Of a DNA stretch of 64,000 nt, positions 51,393-63,004 are shown in pieces (within the stretch, counting starts at the first letter, position 1; each line of letters starts with the position of its first letter). The DNA is taken from the NCBI GenBank assembly GCA_965246715.1, contig CBDFFH010000008.1:1-64000 (forward strand), in the 5' to 3' direction. Made by a program: the position numbers and the translations under genes. This DNA is from Chamaesiphon sp. (GTDB lineage: Bacteria; Cyanobacteriota; Cyanobacteriia; Cyanobacteriales; Chamaesiphonaceae). Below the pieces are notes generated by a model that worked only from the letters and a program-made list of their open reading frames with translations, was not told the DNA's origin and ran no database searches.

Positions 51393-52748
51393 ATGACTTC
51401 CACAAATCGCAGTTATCACATCACCACTTTTGGTTGTCAGATGAACAAAGCTGACTCCGAGCGGATGGGTGGGATACTAGAAGAGATGGGATTCCACTGG
51501 TCGGACGATCCCTTCACTGCCGACCTAGTGCTTTACAATACCTGCACCATCCGCGACCTGGCCGAGCAGAAGGTCTACTCCTATTTAGGCAAACAAACCC
51601 GCCGCAAAAAAGACAAGCCGGACTTGATTTTGATTATGGCTGGATGTGTGGCTCAGCAGGAAGGGGAGAGCCTGTTACGCCGCATTCCCGAACTCGACCT
51701 GATTATGGGGCCACAACACGCCAATCGCCTGGGAGACTTGTTAGAACAGGTTTTGGCAGGGAGTCAGGTAGTGGCTACCGAACCCATCCATATCGAGGAA
51801 GATATTACCAAGCCACGTCGCGATAGTAACGTTGTTAGCTGGGTAAATATCATTTATGGCTGCAACGAACGCTGTACTTATTGTGTCGTTCCCAATGTCC
51901 GAGGAGTCGAGCAATCTCGCACTCCCGAAGCCATTCGGACTGAAATTCAGGCATTAGCTATTCAGGGGTTCAAGGAGATTACCCTACTCGGTCAAAATAT
52001 CGACGCTTATGGACGAGATTTACCTGGAACTACTCCCGAAGGTCGTCATCTGCATACACTGACAGACTTACTTTACTACATCCACGATATTGAAGGGATC
52101 GAGCGGATTCGGTTTACCACTAGTCACCCGCGCTACTTTACCGAGCGGTTGATTAAAGCTTGTGCGGAATTACCGAAGGTTTGCGAATATTTTCACATTC
52201 CTTTTCAGTCGGGAGATAATGAGATTTTAAAAGCGATGTCGCGTGGTTATACGCACGAAAAATATCGGCGGATTATCGATACGATCCGTAAGTATATGCC
52301 CGATGCGTCGATTAGTGCCGATGCGATCGTGGGATTTCCGGGTGAGACTGAGGAACAGTTTGAAAAAACGCTTACATTAATTGCCGATATTAAATTTGAT
52401 ATGGTAAATACGGCAGCATATTCGCCGCGACCGAATACACCTGCGGCGTTGTGGAGCGACCAACTGAGTGAAGAAATCAAAGTTGACAGATTGCAGCGAA
52501 TCAATCATCTCGTCTCGCAAACCGCGATCGAGCGGTCGATGCGCTATCGAGATCGAGTAGAATCCGTCTTGGTTGAGGAACGCAACACCAAAAATCCCGC
52601 CCAAGTTTTGGGTCGAACTGGTGGCAATCGCCTCACCTTTTTCGATGGCGACATCGAAGAGCTACGCGGAAAAGTCGTACCTGTCAAAATTACCGATGTA
52701 CGCGCATTTAGTCTAACTGGAGCGATGTTAACAACAATTAGTTGTTAA
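51393..52748 (+). CDS. miaB: tRNA-i6A37 methylthiotransferase MiaB
   Basis: [35 protein letters not shown] radical-SAM motif, C-terminal TRAM domain. Confidence 0.97.
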   Translation: MTSTNRSYHITTFGCQMNKADSERMGGILEEMGFHWSDDPFTADLVLYNTCTIRDLAEQKVYSYLGKQTRRKKDKPDLILIMAGCVAQQEGESLLRRIPELDLIMGPQHANRLGDLLEQVLAGSQVVATEPIHIEEDITKPRRDSNVVSWVNIIYGCNERCTYCVVPNVRGVEQSRTPEAIRTEIQALAIQGFKEITLLGQNIDAYGRDLPGTTPEGRHLHTLTDLLYYIHDIEGIERIRFTTSHPRYFTERLIKACAELPKVCEYFHIPFQSGDNEILKAMSRGYTHEKYRRIIDTIRKYMPDASISADAIVGFPGETEEQFEKTLTLIADIKFDMVNTAAYSPRPNTPAALWSDQLSEEIKVDRLQRINHLVSQTAIERSMRYRDRVESVLVEERNTKNPAQVLGRTGGNRLTFFDGDIEELRGKVVPVKITDVRAFSLTGAMLTTISC

Positions 52749-52750
52749 GA

Positions 52751-53293
52751 ATGAGTCAGGTGAGAACTTTTGAAACGTTACCAGCAGCTCAGCTCTTCCT
52801 GCAAGAATTGGGCGCACTCCCGCAACTAATCTTACATGTTAAATTAGTGGGCGAAGCGGCTGAATTACTCATCGCTCGACTCGATCGATTGTCGATTCAT
52901 GTTGACAAACATTTTGTTAGGTTAGGTGTTGCAATTCACGATGCGGGGAAGATTATCCATACTACAGAGTTGACCGCAACCGGCAATCGTCATGAGGCAG
53001 ATGGTGAGAACTTACTCATTGAAAATGGCGTAGACTCAACTCTCGCTCGTTGCTGTCGTTCTCATAGTCAATGGCAAACAATGAAATGTTCGATCGAGGA
53101 GTTGTTAGTTGCGCTCGCCGATACGCTGTGGAAAGGTAAGCGTAACCCCCAACTGGAAGAATTCGCGATCGCCACTTTAGCAATACAATCCGATCGAGAT
53201 TATTGGGAGCTGTTTATCCAAATGGATGCCTGTTTCGAGCAAATTGCAGCTGATGGTCATCTCAGATTGTTGCGAAGTCGATCTTTATCCTAA
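52751..53293 (+). CDS. HD-domain phosphohydrolase
   Basis: LHVKLV...AIHDAGK...H...SH...LAD. Confidence 0.75.
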   Translation: MSQVRTFETLPAAQLFLQELGALPQLILHVKLVGEAAELLIARLDRLSIHVDKHFVRLGVAIHDAGKIIHTTELTATGNRHEADGENLLIENGVDSTLARCCRSHSQWQTMKCSIEELLVALADTLWKGKRNPQLEEFAIATLAIQSDRDYWELFIQMDACFEQIAADGHLRLLRSRSLS

Positions 53294-53298
53294 AACAG

Positions 53299-53862
53299 AT
53301 GCACAAAACAGAACGGGAAAAAATGTTGGCAAACGAGCTATATATCGCTGCCGATCCCGAACTAGTCAGGATGTTAACAAAGGCTCAACATCTTTGCCAT
53401 ACTTATAATTTATCTCATCCCGATGAAATCGAAACCCGTCGCGAAATAATTAAATCTTTATTTGGATCGATCGGTCAAACTTTTAAAATCGAGCCACCAT
53501 TTCACTGCGACTATGGATGCCACATTTATGCCAAAGAAAGCCTCTATATCAATTATGATTGCATTATCCTCGACTGCAATCATGTCTATCTTGGCAACAA
53601 TGTTTTAATCGCTCCTAAAGTCCAAATTTATACTGCATATCATCCACTGGATGCCGAAACCCGAAGATCGGGACTAGAGATGGCTGCACCGATTACGATC
53701 GGTGATAATGTTTGGATTGGCGGCGGAGCGATTATTTGTCCGGGTGTAAAGATCGGAAATAATTCGGTCATCGGTGCCGGGAGTGTGGTTACCAAAGATA
53801 TTCCGGCAAATGTTGTTGCGGTGGGTAATCCTTGCAAAGTTAGCAAAGAACTCGATTTATAG
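53299..53862 (+). CDS. maa: Sugar (maltose/galactoside) O-acetyltransferase
   Basis: EPPFHCDYG, IGDNVWIGG, VIGAGSVVTKDIP hexapeptide repeats. Confidence 0.9.
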   Translation: MHKTEREKMLANELYIAADPELVRMLTKAQHLCHTYNLSHPDEIETRREIIKSLFGSIGQTFKIEPPFHCDYGCHIYAKESLYINYDCIILDCNHVYLGNNVLIAPKVQIYTAYHPLDAETRRSGLEMAAPITIGDNVWIGGGAIICPGVKIGNNSVIGAGSVVTKDIPANVVAVGNPCKVSKELDL

Positions 53863-53980
53863 CGATTAGTAATGGTTTTGGGTGCCAAACAATGAATGCG
53901 AGCCTAAATATCCTCACCGAAGAGGGACTTTGAGAATCGATCGGGTACTCTAAAGAGACGGTGTATCGATACAACGCTAA

Positions 53981-55096
53981 ATGTTGACTCTCAAAAATAT
54001 TCTCTCAGTTTTACTCCTATTTATTCCCGTTTCGATCGCTGGTCACTTATTAGGTTGGAGCGAGCCGATTGTATTTATCACCTCAGCCTTAGCTATCATC
54101 CCTTTGGCAGCGTGGATGGGGACGGCCACAGAAGAAATCGCCGTTGTGATGGGGCCGGCCTTGGGCGGGCTGCTAAATGCCACTTTTGGCAACGCGACGG
54201 AACTAATTATCGCCTTGGTTGCCTTGAAAGCAGGTTTGATGGATGTCGTCAAAGCTAGTATTACCGGATCGATTATCGGTAACTTATTGCTAGTCATGGG
54301 ATTTTCGATGCTATTAGGTGGGTTGAAATATAAAGAACAAACATTTCAACCAATCGTCGCACGGGTAAATGCTTCGAGCATGAATCTGGCTGTAATCGCA
54401 TTATTATTACCAACAGCAGTGGACTATACATCGACTGGCATCGATGCTGATGTAATCCAGAAACTATCGATCGCGGTTTCGATCGTCTTAATCGGTGTGT
54501 ATGGGTTGACGCTGCTATTTTCGATGAAGACGCATACTTATCTTTACGATGCTGACTTTGAAATGGACTCCCAGGAATTGGCAGAAGCCAATCTCTGTGG
54601 CGAAGGCGATGAGGAAAAGGTCAATTTGCCCTTATGGATTTCGGTGCTATTGGGCTGTACTCTACTCGTTGCTGTCGAATCAGAATTTCTCGTTTCTACA
54701 TTAGAAGTTGCGACTAAAGAGTTAGGTTTGACGGCACTATTTACCGGCGTAATTTTGGTGCCGATTATCGGTAATGCTGCCGAACATGCAACGGCGGTGA
54801 CAGTGGCGATGAAGGATAAGATGGATTTGTCTGTATCCGTCGCACTGGGTTCGAGTTTACAAATTGCCCTATTTGTCGCCCCAGTTTTAGTATTAGCTGG
54901 TTATGTAATGGGTCAACCGATGAACTTGAATTTTAACCCATTTGAATTAGTTGCTGTTGGTGTCGCGGTCTTAATTGCCAATTCAATTAGTTCCGATGGC
55001 CGTTCCAATTGGCTCGAAGGAGCTTTATTGTTAGCAGCTTATCTGGTCTTAAGTTTAGCGTTTTATTATCATCCCGCGATCGCCGGGATTGTTTAG
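53981..55096 (+). CDS. cax: Ca2+/H+ antiporter (CAX)
   Basis: NATFGNATELII and PIIGNAAEH alpha-repeats. Confidence 0.94.
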   Translation: MLTLKNILSVLLLFIPVSIAGHLLGWSEPIVFITSALAIIPLAAWMGTATEEIAVVMGPALGGLLNATFGNATELIIALVALKAGLMDVVKASITGSIIGNLLLVMGFSMLLGGLKYKEQTFQPIVARVNASSMNLAVIALLLPTAVDYTSTGIDADVIQKLSIAVSIVLIGVYGLTLLFSMKTHTYLYDADFEMDSQELAEANLCGEGDEEKVNLPLWISVLLGCTLLVAVESEFLVSTLEVATKELGLTALFTGVILVPIIGNAAEHATAVTVAMKDKMDLSVSVALGSSLQIALFVAPVLVLAGYVMGQPMNLNFNPFELVAVGVAVLIANSISSDGRSNWLEGALLLAAYLVLSLAFYYHPAIAGIV

Positions 55097-55174
55097 TGTT
55101 TAATTGCATTATTCGATCGACGCGATCGAGTAAGATTCACCCCGATTGTTAAGTTAAAATTTTTACTCTAAATT

Positions 55175-55741
55175 ATGCTGAATATTTTAGTTAGGTTGGC
55201 AATTTCAGTCACGATTGCCACTGTTGCGCTCCCGATCTCCACTTGCCCCAGCTTTGCCACCGAGCCGACTCTGAGCGAGATTCTCACTGGTAAAACTGTC
55301 CCGAGTACCATCAAAATCAAAGAGTTAACTCCTGACTGGCGTGCGCTAGCAACTAGCGGACAATTTGACTTTGGGAACACTTTTCAAACGATGATTTCGG
55401 CATTTGGGGGTGGTGCGCTCACCAGCAGCTACTACACCAAAGGACAAACGATCGCCTTAGCTGGAGAAACGTATATGATAGCCTATAGTTTGCTCGATCG
55501 TCCAGACAAAATTACCGGAGAGACAACATTAGGACTCTCTTTACTAAATATGAAAACAATCGGTAGTTTGACTAATATTCGCAGTTTTAACATTGAAACA
55601 GAAACTGCCTTATTAGAGAAACAAACTCAAGGTGCCAAGACAATGTTTACCCCACCAACGGCACCGACAACTGAAGTAAAGCCCGCAGTTATAACGCCGA
55701 CGAAAGCCAAACCAAAATCGAAACGCCGTCGGAGTAAATAG
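55175..55741 (+). CDS. Hypothetical exported protein
   Basis: Signal-peptide-like N-terminus; YYTKGQTI...TYMIAY; basic tail. Confidence 0.65.
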   Translation: MLNILVRLAISVTIATVALPISTCPSFATEPTLSEILTGKTVPSTIKIKELTPDWRALATSGQFDFGNTFQTMISAFGGGALTSSYYTKGQTIALAGETYMIAYSLLDRPDKITGETTLGLSLLNMKTIGSLTNIRSFNIETETALLEKQTQGAKTMFTPPTAPTTEVKPAVITPTKAKPKSKRRRSK

Positions 55742-55787
55742 ATCGCAAATTTAGGGTGGGTACTCCTCACCCTCACAACTTGGCTAT

Positions 55788-56204
55788 TTAATCACCACTG
55801 ATATGCACTACTAATTCTCGATCGGATCGATGAGCGCGGTGTTCCCACAGATAGATTCCTTGCCAGGTACCTAATACCAAATGACCGCGCATAATTGGGA
55901 TTTGTTCGGACGTATGCGTGAGTGCTGTCCGAATATGTGCTGGCATATCATCGGCACCTTCAGCGGAATGAATGTATCTACCATCTTCGGGAACTAGCTT
56001 GGCAAGAAAATTAGCTAAGTCGATTAAGACATCCGGATCGGCATTTTCTTGGATTACCAGGCTAGCAGATGTATGCCGCAAGAATAAGGTACACAATCCG
56101 GTTTTAATTCCCGACTCAGCGACAATATTAGTTATCTTCGAGGTAATTTTAACAAAGGATTTCGGAGTGCTGGGAATAGTTAATAGTTTTTGGTAATGTG
56201 TCAC
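55788..56204 (-). CDS. yjbQ: YjbQ family protein (secondary thiamine-phosphate synthase)
   Basis: HTSASLVIQENADPDV, DMPAHI, LGTWQGIYLWEHR. Confidence 0.93.
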   Translation of the reverse strand: MTHYQKLLTIPSTPKSFVKITSKITNIVAESGIKTGLCTLFLRHTSASLVIQENADPDVLIDLANFLAKLVPEDGRYIHSAEGADDMPAHIRTALTHTSEQIPIMRGHLVLGTWQGIYLWEHRAHRSDRELVVHISGD

Positions 56205-56305
56205 AAGAGTTAATTAAAAAGTAATTTTAATATCTGTTGGGGCAGGCTTGTGTAAATATTGCTCTCAACAAAGCTTATCCTCTCTACTCGAAAAAAGACA
56301 AGTAT

Positions 56306-57388
56306 TTAATAATCTTGCAGATAATCGATTATCGAATTAGCGATCGAGAGGTTGCCATCAATTGCTAGTTTCGTATTAACTCGTGGCGGCTGCACTGGTT
56401 GGTGAAGAAAATCCCAGTTATCGGCGAAAAATGTATCGGGACTAATCACTTGATGATAACCATAATCTTGCATCCCATTTAGGATGATTTCAGATTCGGC
56501 AAAGCCGGAGCGGGTGAGTGAAACGATCGGTACCTGTAATTTCAAGGCTTCTGAATAAGTACAATATCCTGGTTTGGAAACGACTCGATCGCATAGTGGC
56601 ATGAAATCAACCGGACGAAACTTACGATCGGTAACTTTTACTAGGTTAGGTAGATCGGGTGCGTGTAGATCGAGCGTGATAAACAGATGTTCTGGAAATT
56701 GACTGATATTATGATACGGAATTGCATCGAGACTCAATCCGCCAAATGTAAGTAATATTGTCTGTTGTTGCGATCGATCGAGATTAAACTTATCTCGTAA
56801 TTCATCTAATATATATTTGGGATCGCCACCTGTCAAACCGACATCTTCGATATGGGGAAATCGATCCATCGACTCATGTAACGGCACGCGAAATAAGCGA
56901 TCGCATTGGCCGTAAAGTTCGCCAATCCAATCGGCAATTTTATTAAACTCGCCACCCCAATCTCGATAAATAAAATCCCATCCGAAGTTACTTGACATCC
57001 AACAAGGAATGCCTAATTGTTTGGCAATTGCGGTTGATAATGGGGGGGCATCCGCAAAAATTAGATTCACGTTATGCTCTCGACAAAATGCTACTTCATT
57101 CGCAACGATTTCTTCCTGTCGATCGATGATTTCATTCCACCGGGATAAGGTCGTATCGAGATTCATCTTCAGGCTATCGGTTTGCACTACCCCAACATCA
57201 AAACCCAGCTGCCGATAGATAAAATCCCCATCGATGTAACATTCTAACAACCATTTTGGAGCTGTAGTGACGAGAATTAATTCAACAGTCGGCATCAACT
57301 TTTGGAGCTGTCCAGCGATCGAGGCAGTCCGCGCCGCATGACCGAAACCGTGGTTGGTAATTGCGATATAAACAGTAGGATTAGCCAT
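56306..57388 (-). CDS. GT-B glycosyltransferase-like protein
   Basis: HGFGHAAR, NFGWDFIY, VVSKPGY. Confidence 0.8.
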   Translation of the reverse strand: MANPTVYIAITNHGFGHAARTASIAGQLQKLMPTVELILVTTAPKWLLECYIDGDFIYRQLGFDVGVVQTDSLKMNLDTTLSRWNEIIDRQEEIVANEVAFCREHNVNLIFADAPPLSTAIAKQLGIPCWMSSNFGWDFIYRDWGGEFNKIADWIGELYGQCDRLFRVPLHESMDRFPHIEDVGLTGGDPKYILDELRDKFNLDRSQQQTILLTFGGLSLDAIPYHNISQFPEHLFITLDLHAPDLPNLVKVTDRKFRPVDFMPLCDRVVSKPGYCTYSEALKLQVPIVSLTRSGFAESEIILNGMQDYGYHQVISPDTFFADNWDFLHQPVQPPRVNTKLAIDGNLSIANSIIDYLQDY

Positions 57389-58538
57389 GTAAATTATGCA
57401 TTAAAAAAACGATCGACTCATCAATTTCAGCAGTAGTGGTAAAGTAATGAGTGCAAGCACGGATACAGTCTGGATCGACGATCGTGCGCAGATAGAAATG
57501 ATTTCGTTCTAAAGATTGCACTAATTTAGCATGGTTTCTGGTGTCAACTTGAAAAGACACCAAACCTGACTGCGGCGCTGTCTGACTCAGACATGTAATC
57601 CCTGGAACTCGTTGTAAACTTTGCCACAAATAAGTCGCTAAACTCACGATTTTGCTGTAGCGATCGATCGCACTGCCCCAAGCTTGGTGGATATCGATTG
57701 CCGCACGCAAGCCAGAATACAACGGATAGGCAGATGTGGCAACTTCATACCGCCGACTATCAGCAACTAAAGGTAAATTTGATTGACTATAATCCAAACT
57801 ACGCCAACCGATAAATGTTGGCTGTAAAGTCGCTCGCGCATCGGGATGAATGTACAAACCGCCGACTCCTTCTGGTCCGCACCACCATTTATGTGCAGTG
57901 AAAGCGTAAAAGTCAACACCCAATTCCGCTAACTTCAGCGGTAATAAACCAACAGATTGCGCGGCATCGATGAGAATCTGAATTGGTTTAGCAATGGGAT
58001 ATTGCCGGATTGCTGCGGCAATCTCAGCTACTGGCACTACCTGTCCGGTATTCCAGAGGACGTGGCTGAAGACAACCAATCGAGTTTGGGGTTTGAGCTG
58101 AGCAGCGATCGCAGTTACCGGATCGCCAGTATTCAGCGTCATTAGGAGTGGAAACAGATCCACGCTCACCTGAAACCGCCGACAGATTTCTTGAATACTG
58201 GCAATTACTCCTGGGTGTTCGCAGTCAGACAGGAGGATGCGATCTCCAGGTTGCCAATCGATCCCCCATAGCACGATATTACAGCCTACCGTGACATTCT
58301 CCGTCAACGCGATCGAGTCTGCTGTTACACTCAACTCAGATCCGATCGCCTGACGGGTCAAATTTGACTCGCGGATGACCCATTCGCTAGTTTTTAACCC
58401 AAATGGCCCCTGGGATTGAATCTCGCCATAGGCGGCGACGATCGCATCTAAGGCAGCTTGAGGCATGGGGCCTTGTCCGCCATAGTTAAAGTAGGATTTG
58501 TTAGCTAGGGCGGGGAATTGTTGGCGGTGGGTATTCAC
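57381..58538 (-). CDS. Class V PLP aminotransferase (cystine lyase C-DES-like)
   Basis: YFNYGGQGP, SHVLWNTG, DAAQSVG, TAHKWWCGPEG. Confidence 0.88.
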   Translation of the reverse strand: MNTHRQQFPALANKSYFNYGGQGPMPQAALDAIVAAYGEIQSQGPFGLKTSEWVIRESNLTRQAIGSELSVTADSIALTENVTVGCNIVLWGIDWQPGDRILLSDCEHPGVIASIQEICRRFQVSVDLFPLLMTLNTGDPVTAIAAQLKPQTRLVVFSHVLWNTGQVVPVAEIAAAIRQYPIAKPIQILIDAAQSVGLLPLKLAELGVDFYAFTAHKWWCGPEGVGGLYIHPDARATLQPTFIGWRSLDYSQSNLPLVADSRRYEVATSAYPLYSGLRAAIDIHQAWGSAIDRYSKIVSLATYLWQSLQRVPGITCLSQTAPQSGLVSFQVDTRNHAKLVQSLERNHFYLRTIVDPDCIRACTHYFTTTAEIDESIVFLMHNLHG

Positions 58539-58660
58539 GAGTGGTTTGTTATTGATTATTTTGCTTACGGTCTATTTTAGGTAGGTATGGAGTTTTTGAA
58601 ATGGTTCGGGAACGGCTAGGAGATCGTGTTCGTTCCGATGCAAATATTCCTCAATTAGTA

Positions 58661-60307
58661 TTACTTCTTTAACTCAAATTTATCGATTTTACCAAGTGAA
58701 TAATGGTCGAGATCCATATCCTTAATTGTTTTACCAAGACGAGTATAAACAGCTTCTTTTACTTCTAAACCTGGCGTTTCTTTTCGCATCCCAACGATAA
58801 CGAGCTTGCGTTGTCTCGAAGTTGCTTCGGAATCGCGCAGACACAAACCTTTGTTGTACCGACCTAAATTGAGAATACGAATGTCATCGACCTCAAATAA
58901 TGGCTTCACGATTTGCTCGCGAACGGTATTCGCCCGATTCATAGAACGTGTTTCTTCTTCTAGATTGCTACTACTATTGCCTTCACAAGAAGCAGTGCCC
59001 AGCACTATAATCCGATTGGGATTATTGCCCATAACTGTTTTAATATTTCCATCCGCTAACAATTTCTGCTTCAGGACTGCAATCGGTGCATCTTTAGCTT
59101 GTCCGCGAATATGAACTTTATCGATCGAGGCTCGTTGCCATTCATAACTATCACTCAATACGGCCATGTTAATTTCGGCTGACTTACCTTTACCATCTGT
59201 AACTTTTAAATATGGATAAAATACGATATCGCCTAATTTTTCAGGTGTTTGAACTGGGAGAAGTGCTGGCAGTGGGATCGGACAAAGTCGATTGTTACCG
59301 CCGATATAACACTCGATCGGATCGCGATAGATATGCGCGATTAAACCGAACGATGCTACTACTGCTAACGAACCCATTAGCGCCGCTCGTGACGGCCATT
59401 TATTTACAGGTGGCGCGTCTAATGCATCGACGATACAACCTACAGATTGATGGCGATCTTGCACTTCTGTCATCAACATTCGATCGAGTGCCTGTCCCAA
59501 CCGTTCGCTAATCCCCCGTTCCTGCTCGACGAGTTGTTCCCGCCAAATCCACTTGTTGGTCATGAAATCATACAGTCGATCGGGAGTCACATCTGTCAGC
59601 AGATGGATACAGGTGGCTCCTAAAGCGTAGATATCACTGGCAGGGTACGCGACACCAGCTCGAATCTGTTCGGGGGGTGCATAGCCCATGGTGCCGCCAG
59701 TAGTGCCGCGCGACAGGACGGTACTGTTGAGATGTTTGGACATCCCAAAATCGATCAGTACCAACTGACCGTTGTCGCGGCGCATGATATTCTCTGGCTT
59801 GATATCGCGATGAATTACGCCGTTATCGTGAACGAATTTTAAAATCGGTAAGAGATCGTCTAATAGTTGGCGCACTTGAGCTTCAGAATAAGCGCCATTC
59901 TTATCCAATTCTTTGAGCAGATTTTGCCCGTCGATAAATTCTTGAATCAGATAAAATCGGCGTTCTTGCTCCAAATAGGCAAATAATTTGGGGATTCGCT
60001 TATTCGATTCGTTGCCTAGTCGGTCTAATTGCTCGCCTTCACGTTGAAATAGATCGATCGATTTTTGAAATGCTTCTGCATCGTCGAGTACCTGCGGCGC
60101 GGGGAAAAACTGCTTGATTACGCACTGCTTTTCTTCCGGCATATCCGTATCGATTGCCAAAAAATTTCGACTCATACCACCACTATCGAGAAAACTAATC
60201 GCTCGATAACGATCTTTGAGTAATAATTTGCTGCCACAAGCCTTACAAATCTTCTCCCCATCTGGATTCTGTGGCTGATGACAGTTGGGGTTGAGGCAAT
60301 AGCTCAT
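58661..60307 (-). CDS. Ser/Thr kinase: 4-Cys prefix, kinase, TM, OmpA-like C-terminal domain
   Basis: MSYCLNPNC...CKACG, VIKQF, HRDIKPEN, DFG, GYAPPE; C-terminal IIVLGTAS...RSMNRANTV...LGRY...QRKLVIV. Confidence 0.88.
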   Translation of the reverse strand: MSYCLNPNCHQPQNPDGEKICKACGSKLLLKDRYRAISFLDSGGMSRNFLAIDTDMPEEKQCVIKQFFPAPQVLDDAEAFQKSIDLFQREGEQLDRLGNESNKRIPKLFAYLEQERRFYLIQEFIDGQNLLKELDKNGAYSEAQVRQLLDDLLPILKFVHDNGVIHRDIKPENIMRRDNGQLVLIDFGMSKHLNSTVLSRGTTGGTMGYAPPEQIRAGVAYPASDIYALGATCIHLLTDVTPDRLYDFMTNKWIWREQLVEQERGISERLGQALDRMLMTEVQDRHQSVGCIVDALDAPPVNKWPSRAALMGSLAVVASFGLIAHIYRDPIECYIGGNNRLCPIPLPALLPVQTPEKLGDIVFYPYLKVTDGKGKSAEINMAVLSDSYEWQRASIDKVHIRGQAKDAPIAVLKQKLLADGNIKTVMGNNPNRIIVLGTASCEGNSSSNLEEETRSMNRANTVREQIVKPLFEVDDIRILNLGRYNKGLCLRDSEATSRQRKLVIVGMRKETPGLEVKEAVYTRLGKTIKDMDLDHYSLGKIDKFELKK

Positions 60308-60732
60308 GGAGGTAAATACTAACGCTCGATGGGTGATTTGTAGCTCGATGCTTTTTGCTAAACAACTGACACCGATCGACAAACCGAGCGGTGCAAATAA
60401 TTTTGAGCCTTGAAATGACCGATACAAAGATTTTATAGCATACGATCGCCGTCGTGAGTGTAGGATTATTTACCGATCGATTCTAACGATTACCTGACCT
60501 AGATCTCAGCCGCAGAGCTGATTTTGTGGCTGGGAGTGCCTCACTATTAGTAAGAATAACGCGAGACGATGGCTTCCGAACGAGAAATCGCCCTTTAAAC
60601 ACGAGATAATATAAACTACTGAGTAGATCGAGACGATCCCGAATCTGTCTAGGAATTAAGAGCTAATTGAGATCGGAATAGATCGCCAAGTAAATCGAGA
60701 CAAACTACTTAACAGTCTAGTAATAACTGCAT

Positions 60733-61623
60733 ATGTCCCCCCAGATCAAATCCCTGTTCGATTGGTTTGCCGATCGTCAAAAGACCAACCCCAGCATCCA
60801 GCCACAACAGGAGCGGGAAATTGCTGATGGGCTATGGACTAAATGTGAAGATTGTAACGCGATCGCTTACAGCAAGGATCTCGCTGCCAATCAAATGGTC
60901 TGTCTTGAATGTGGGCATCACAAACGTGTTTCTTGTCACGAGCGAATCGATCAATTGATCGATGCCAATACTTGGACGCAGTTAGACGAACATCTTCAAC
61001 CGACAGATCCGCTGAAGTTCAGAGACCGTAAAGCTTATAGTGACAGACTGCGCGAAACTCAACACAAGACGGGATTGACTGATGCAGTCATCACTGGGTT
61101 TGGCAAGATTGAAGGTTCGCCCCTAGCATTAGGCGTAATGGATTTTCGATTTATGGGCGGCAGTATGGGATCTGTCGTTGGCGAACGCCTCACTCGCGCG
61201 ATCGAATACGCTACAGAGCACCAGATTCCCGTCGCGATCGTCTGTGCCTCTGGTGGTGCCAGAATGCAGGAAGGAATGCTCAGTCTGATGCAAATGGCTA
61301 AAATTTCGGCAGCGCTGGAAAGACATCGTGAAGCTCGATTGCTGTATCTCCCGATCCTGACTCATCCCACGACAGGTGGTGTCATTGCCAGTTTCGCCAT
61401 GTTGGGTGATATTATCCTTGCCGAACCCAAAGCAACGATCGGATTTGCTGGCAGACGGGTGATCGAACAAACCCTCCGGGAAAAACTCCCCGATGATTTC
61501 CAAACCTCAGAATACCTACTCCAAAAAGGTTTTGTTGACAAAATCGTGCCCCGCACCCAACTCAAACACACGATCGCCCAGTTAGTACGATTGCATCAGC
61601 CGATGGAAGTGACTAGTGTCTAG
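60733..61623 (+). CDS. accD: Acetyl-CoA carboxylase carboxyltransferase beta subunit
   Basis: LWTKC..C...C..C zinc finger, [21 protein letters not shown]. Confidence 0.97.
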   Translation: MSPQIKSLFDWFADRQKTNPSIQPQQEREIADGLWTKCEDCNAIAYSKDLAANQMVCLECGHHKRVSCHERIDQLIDANTWTQLDEHLQPTDPLKFRDRKAYSDRLRETQHKTGLTDAVITGFGKIEGSPLALGVMDFRFMGGSMGSVVGERLTRAIEYATEHQIPVAIVCASGGARMQEGMLSLMQMAKISAALERHREARLLYLPILTHPTTGGVIASFAMLGDIILAEPKATIGFAGRRVIEQTLREKLPDDFQTSEYLLQKGFVDKIVPRTQLKHTIAQLVRLHQPMEVTSV

Positions 61624-61883
61624 TGGCTGGTGGTTAGTGTCTAGTTTCACGATCTGATAGTACTCGTAAAACTCTTTGGATGAAGCGCACTTGCGCGCCA
61701 AACTCTATTCCCTATCCCCTAATTTGTAAACTTTTCTTTACTTTATGAGGGAAAATATAGCGGGTGTGGTCGAGATAATGGATGATATTGGCAATATGAG
61801 ATAGCTGTGGCTTTAAATTCTGAGTTTAGCCGTGTTGTGCGATCGTCATCTAAATTTAAAAAGTTATCTTTCGAGGGAGAACC

Positions 61884-62375
61884 ATGCTCAAGCGATTTCT
61901 GTTGCTGGCTGTGGCAACCATATTGTTTGCATTCCAAACCTTAGTTACCAGTGCTAATGCCATCGAACTTGATGCAGCAACACGCACAGTCAAATTAAAC
62001 GACAAGGGTGAGACCGTCACTCTGAACCTCAAGCAAGTCAACAAAGGCAGACAGCTATTTGCTTCGACTTGTGCCCAATGTCATGCTGGTGGCGTTACCA
62101 AAACTGACTTCAACGTGGGTTTGAGTCCCGTAGATCTAGCGGGTGCTACACCACCGCGCGATAATATCGTGTCGATGGTGGATTATATGTATCATCCCAC
62201 GACCTACGATGGCGAAACGCCGATCGCCGAATTGCACCCCAGCAAAGACAGTGCCGACATCTTCACGGAAATGAAGAACTTATCCGACCAAGATATGTAT
62301 GCGATCGCTGGGCATATTCTGATGCAACCCAAGATTATGGGCGAGCAATGGGGTGGCGGTAAAACCGTAAGATAA
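61884..62375 (+). CDS. psbV: Photosystem II cytochrome c550
   Basis: Signal peptide, CAQCH heme motif, PTTYDGE, WGGGK. Confidence 0.95.
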   Translation: MLKRFLLLAVATILFAFQTLVTSANAIELDAATRTVKLNDKGETVTLNLKQVNKGRQLFASTCAQCHAGGVTKTDFNVGLSPVDLAGATPPRDNIVSMVDYMYHPTTYDGETPIAELHPSKDSADIFTEMKNLSDQDMYAIAGHILMQPKIMGEQWGGGKTVR

Positions 62376-62671
62376 CAATCTCTGTCGGAGCTAGTAACCG
62401 ATCGAGCTTCAGCTCTGCTGAGGCAACGACGAGCGATCCGACAAGTACAAAGCGCTCGCTTCAGTTACTTGCCGATGTCTGCATCGTCGCTCGATCTTAC
62501 TACCTCGATGGTAGGGAATCTGTACCAATCTATACTGGTCGCTAGCAGCTAGCTCACTAAATTGTTAAAATTTAGATACAGATAAATATCTTTATTGCTT
62601 ATCGTCCGAGCAACAAGGGTAAGATGACCGAACGTTAATTTGTGTTTCTTTAGATAGAAAGGAGAACCGTT

Positions 62672-63004
62672 TTGAAAAAGCTGATTTCGATTTTTACAGT
62701 AGCCATTGCTTTATTTACGATCGCGTTTAGCAATCCTGCATTAGCTGGCGATGCAGCTAGCGGTGGCAAAATCTTTAGCGCCAATTGTGCTGCTTGTCAC
62801 GCTGGTGGCAACAATGTGATTATGGCCAAAAAGAACCTCAAGAAAGAAGCTCTTGCCGAATATGGGATGAACTCGATCGCGGCAATCACGACTCAAGTAA
62901 CTAACGGCAAAAATGCAATGCCGGCTTTTGGTGGTAGACTCAGTGCTGCTCAAATCGAAGATGTAGCTACTTATGTTCTAGCTCAATCGGAAAAAGGTTG
63001 GTAG
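62672..63004 (+). CDS. petJ: Cytochrome c6
   Basis: GGAG RBS and TTG start; [21 protein letters not shown]. Confidence 0.95.
   Translation: MKKLISIFTVAIALFTIAFSNPALAGDAASGGKIFSANCAACHAGGNNVIMAKKNLKKEALAEYGMNSIAAITTQVTNGKNAMPAFGGRLSAAQIEDVATYVLAQSEKGW

Noticed and set aside
55752..55775. Yfr1 sRNA suggested by ACTCCTCAC
   Set aside because: Incomplete ACTCCTCACAC motif; better explained as a degenerate GTAGGGTGGG REP hairpin between convergent genes
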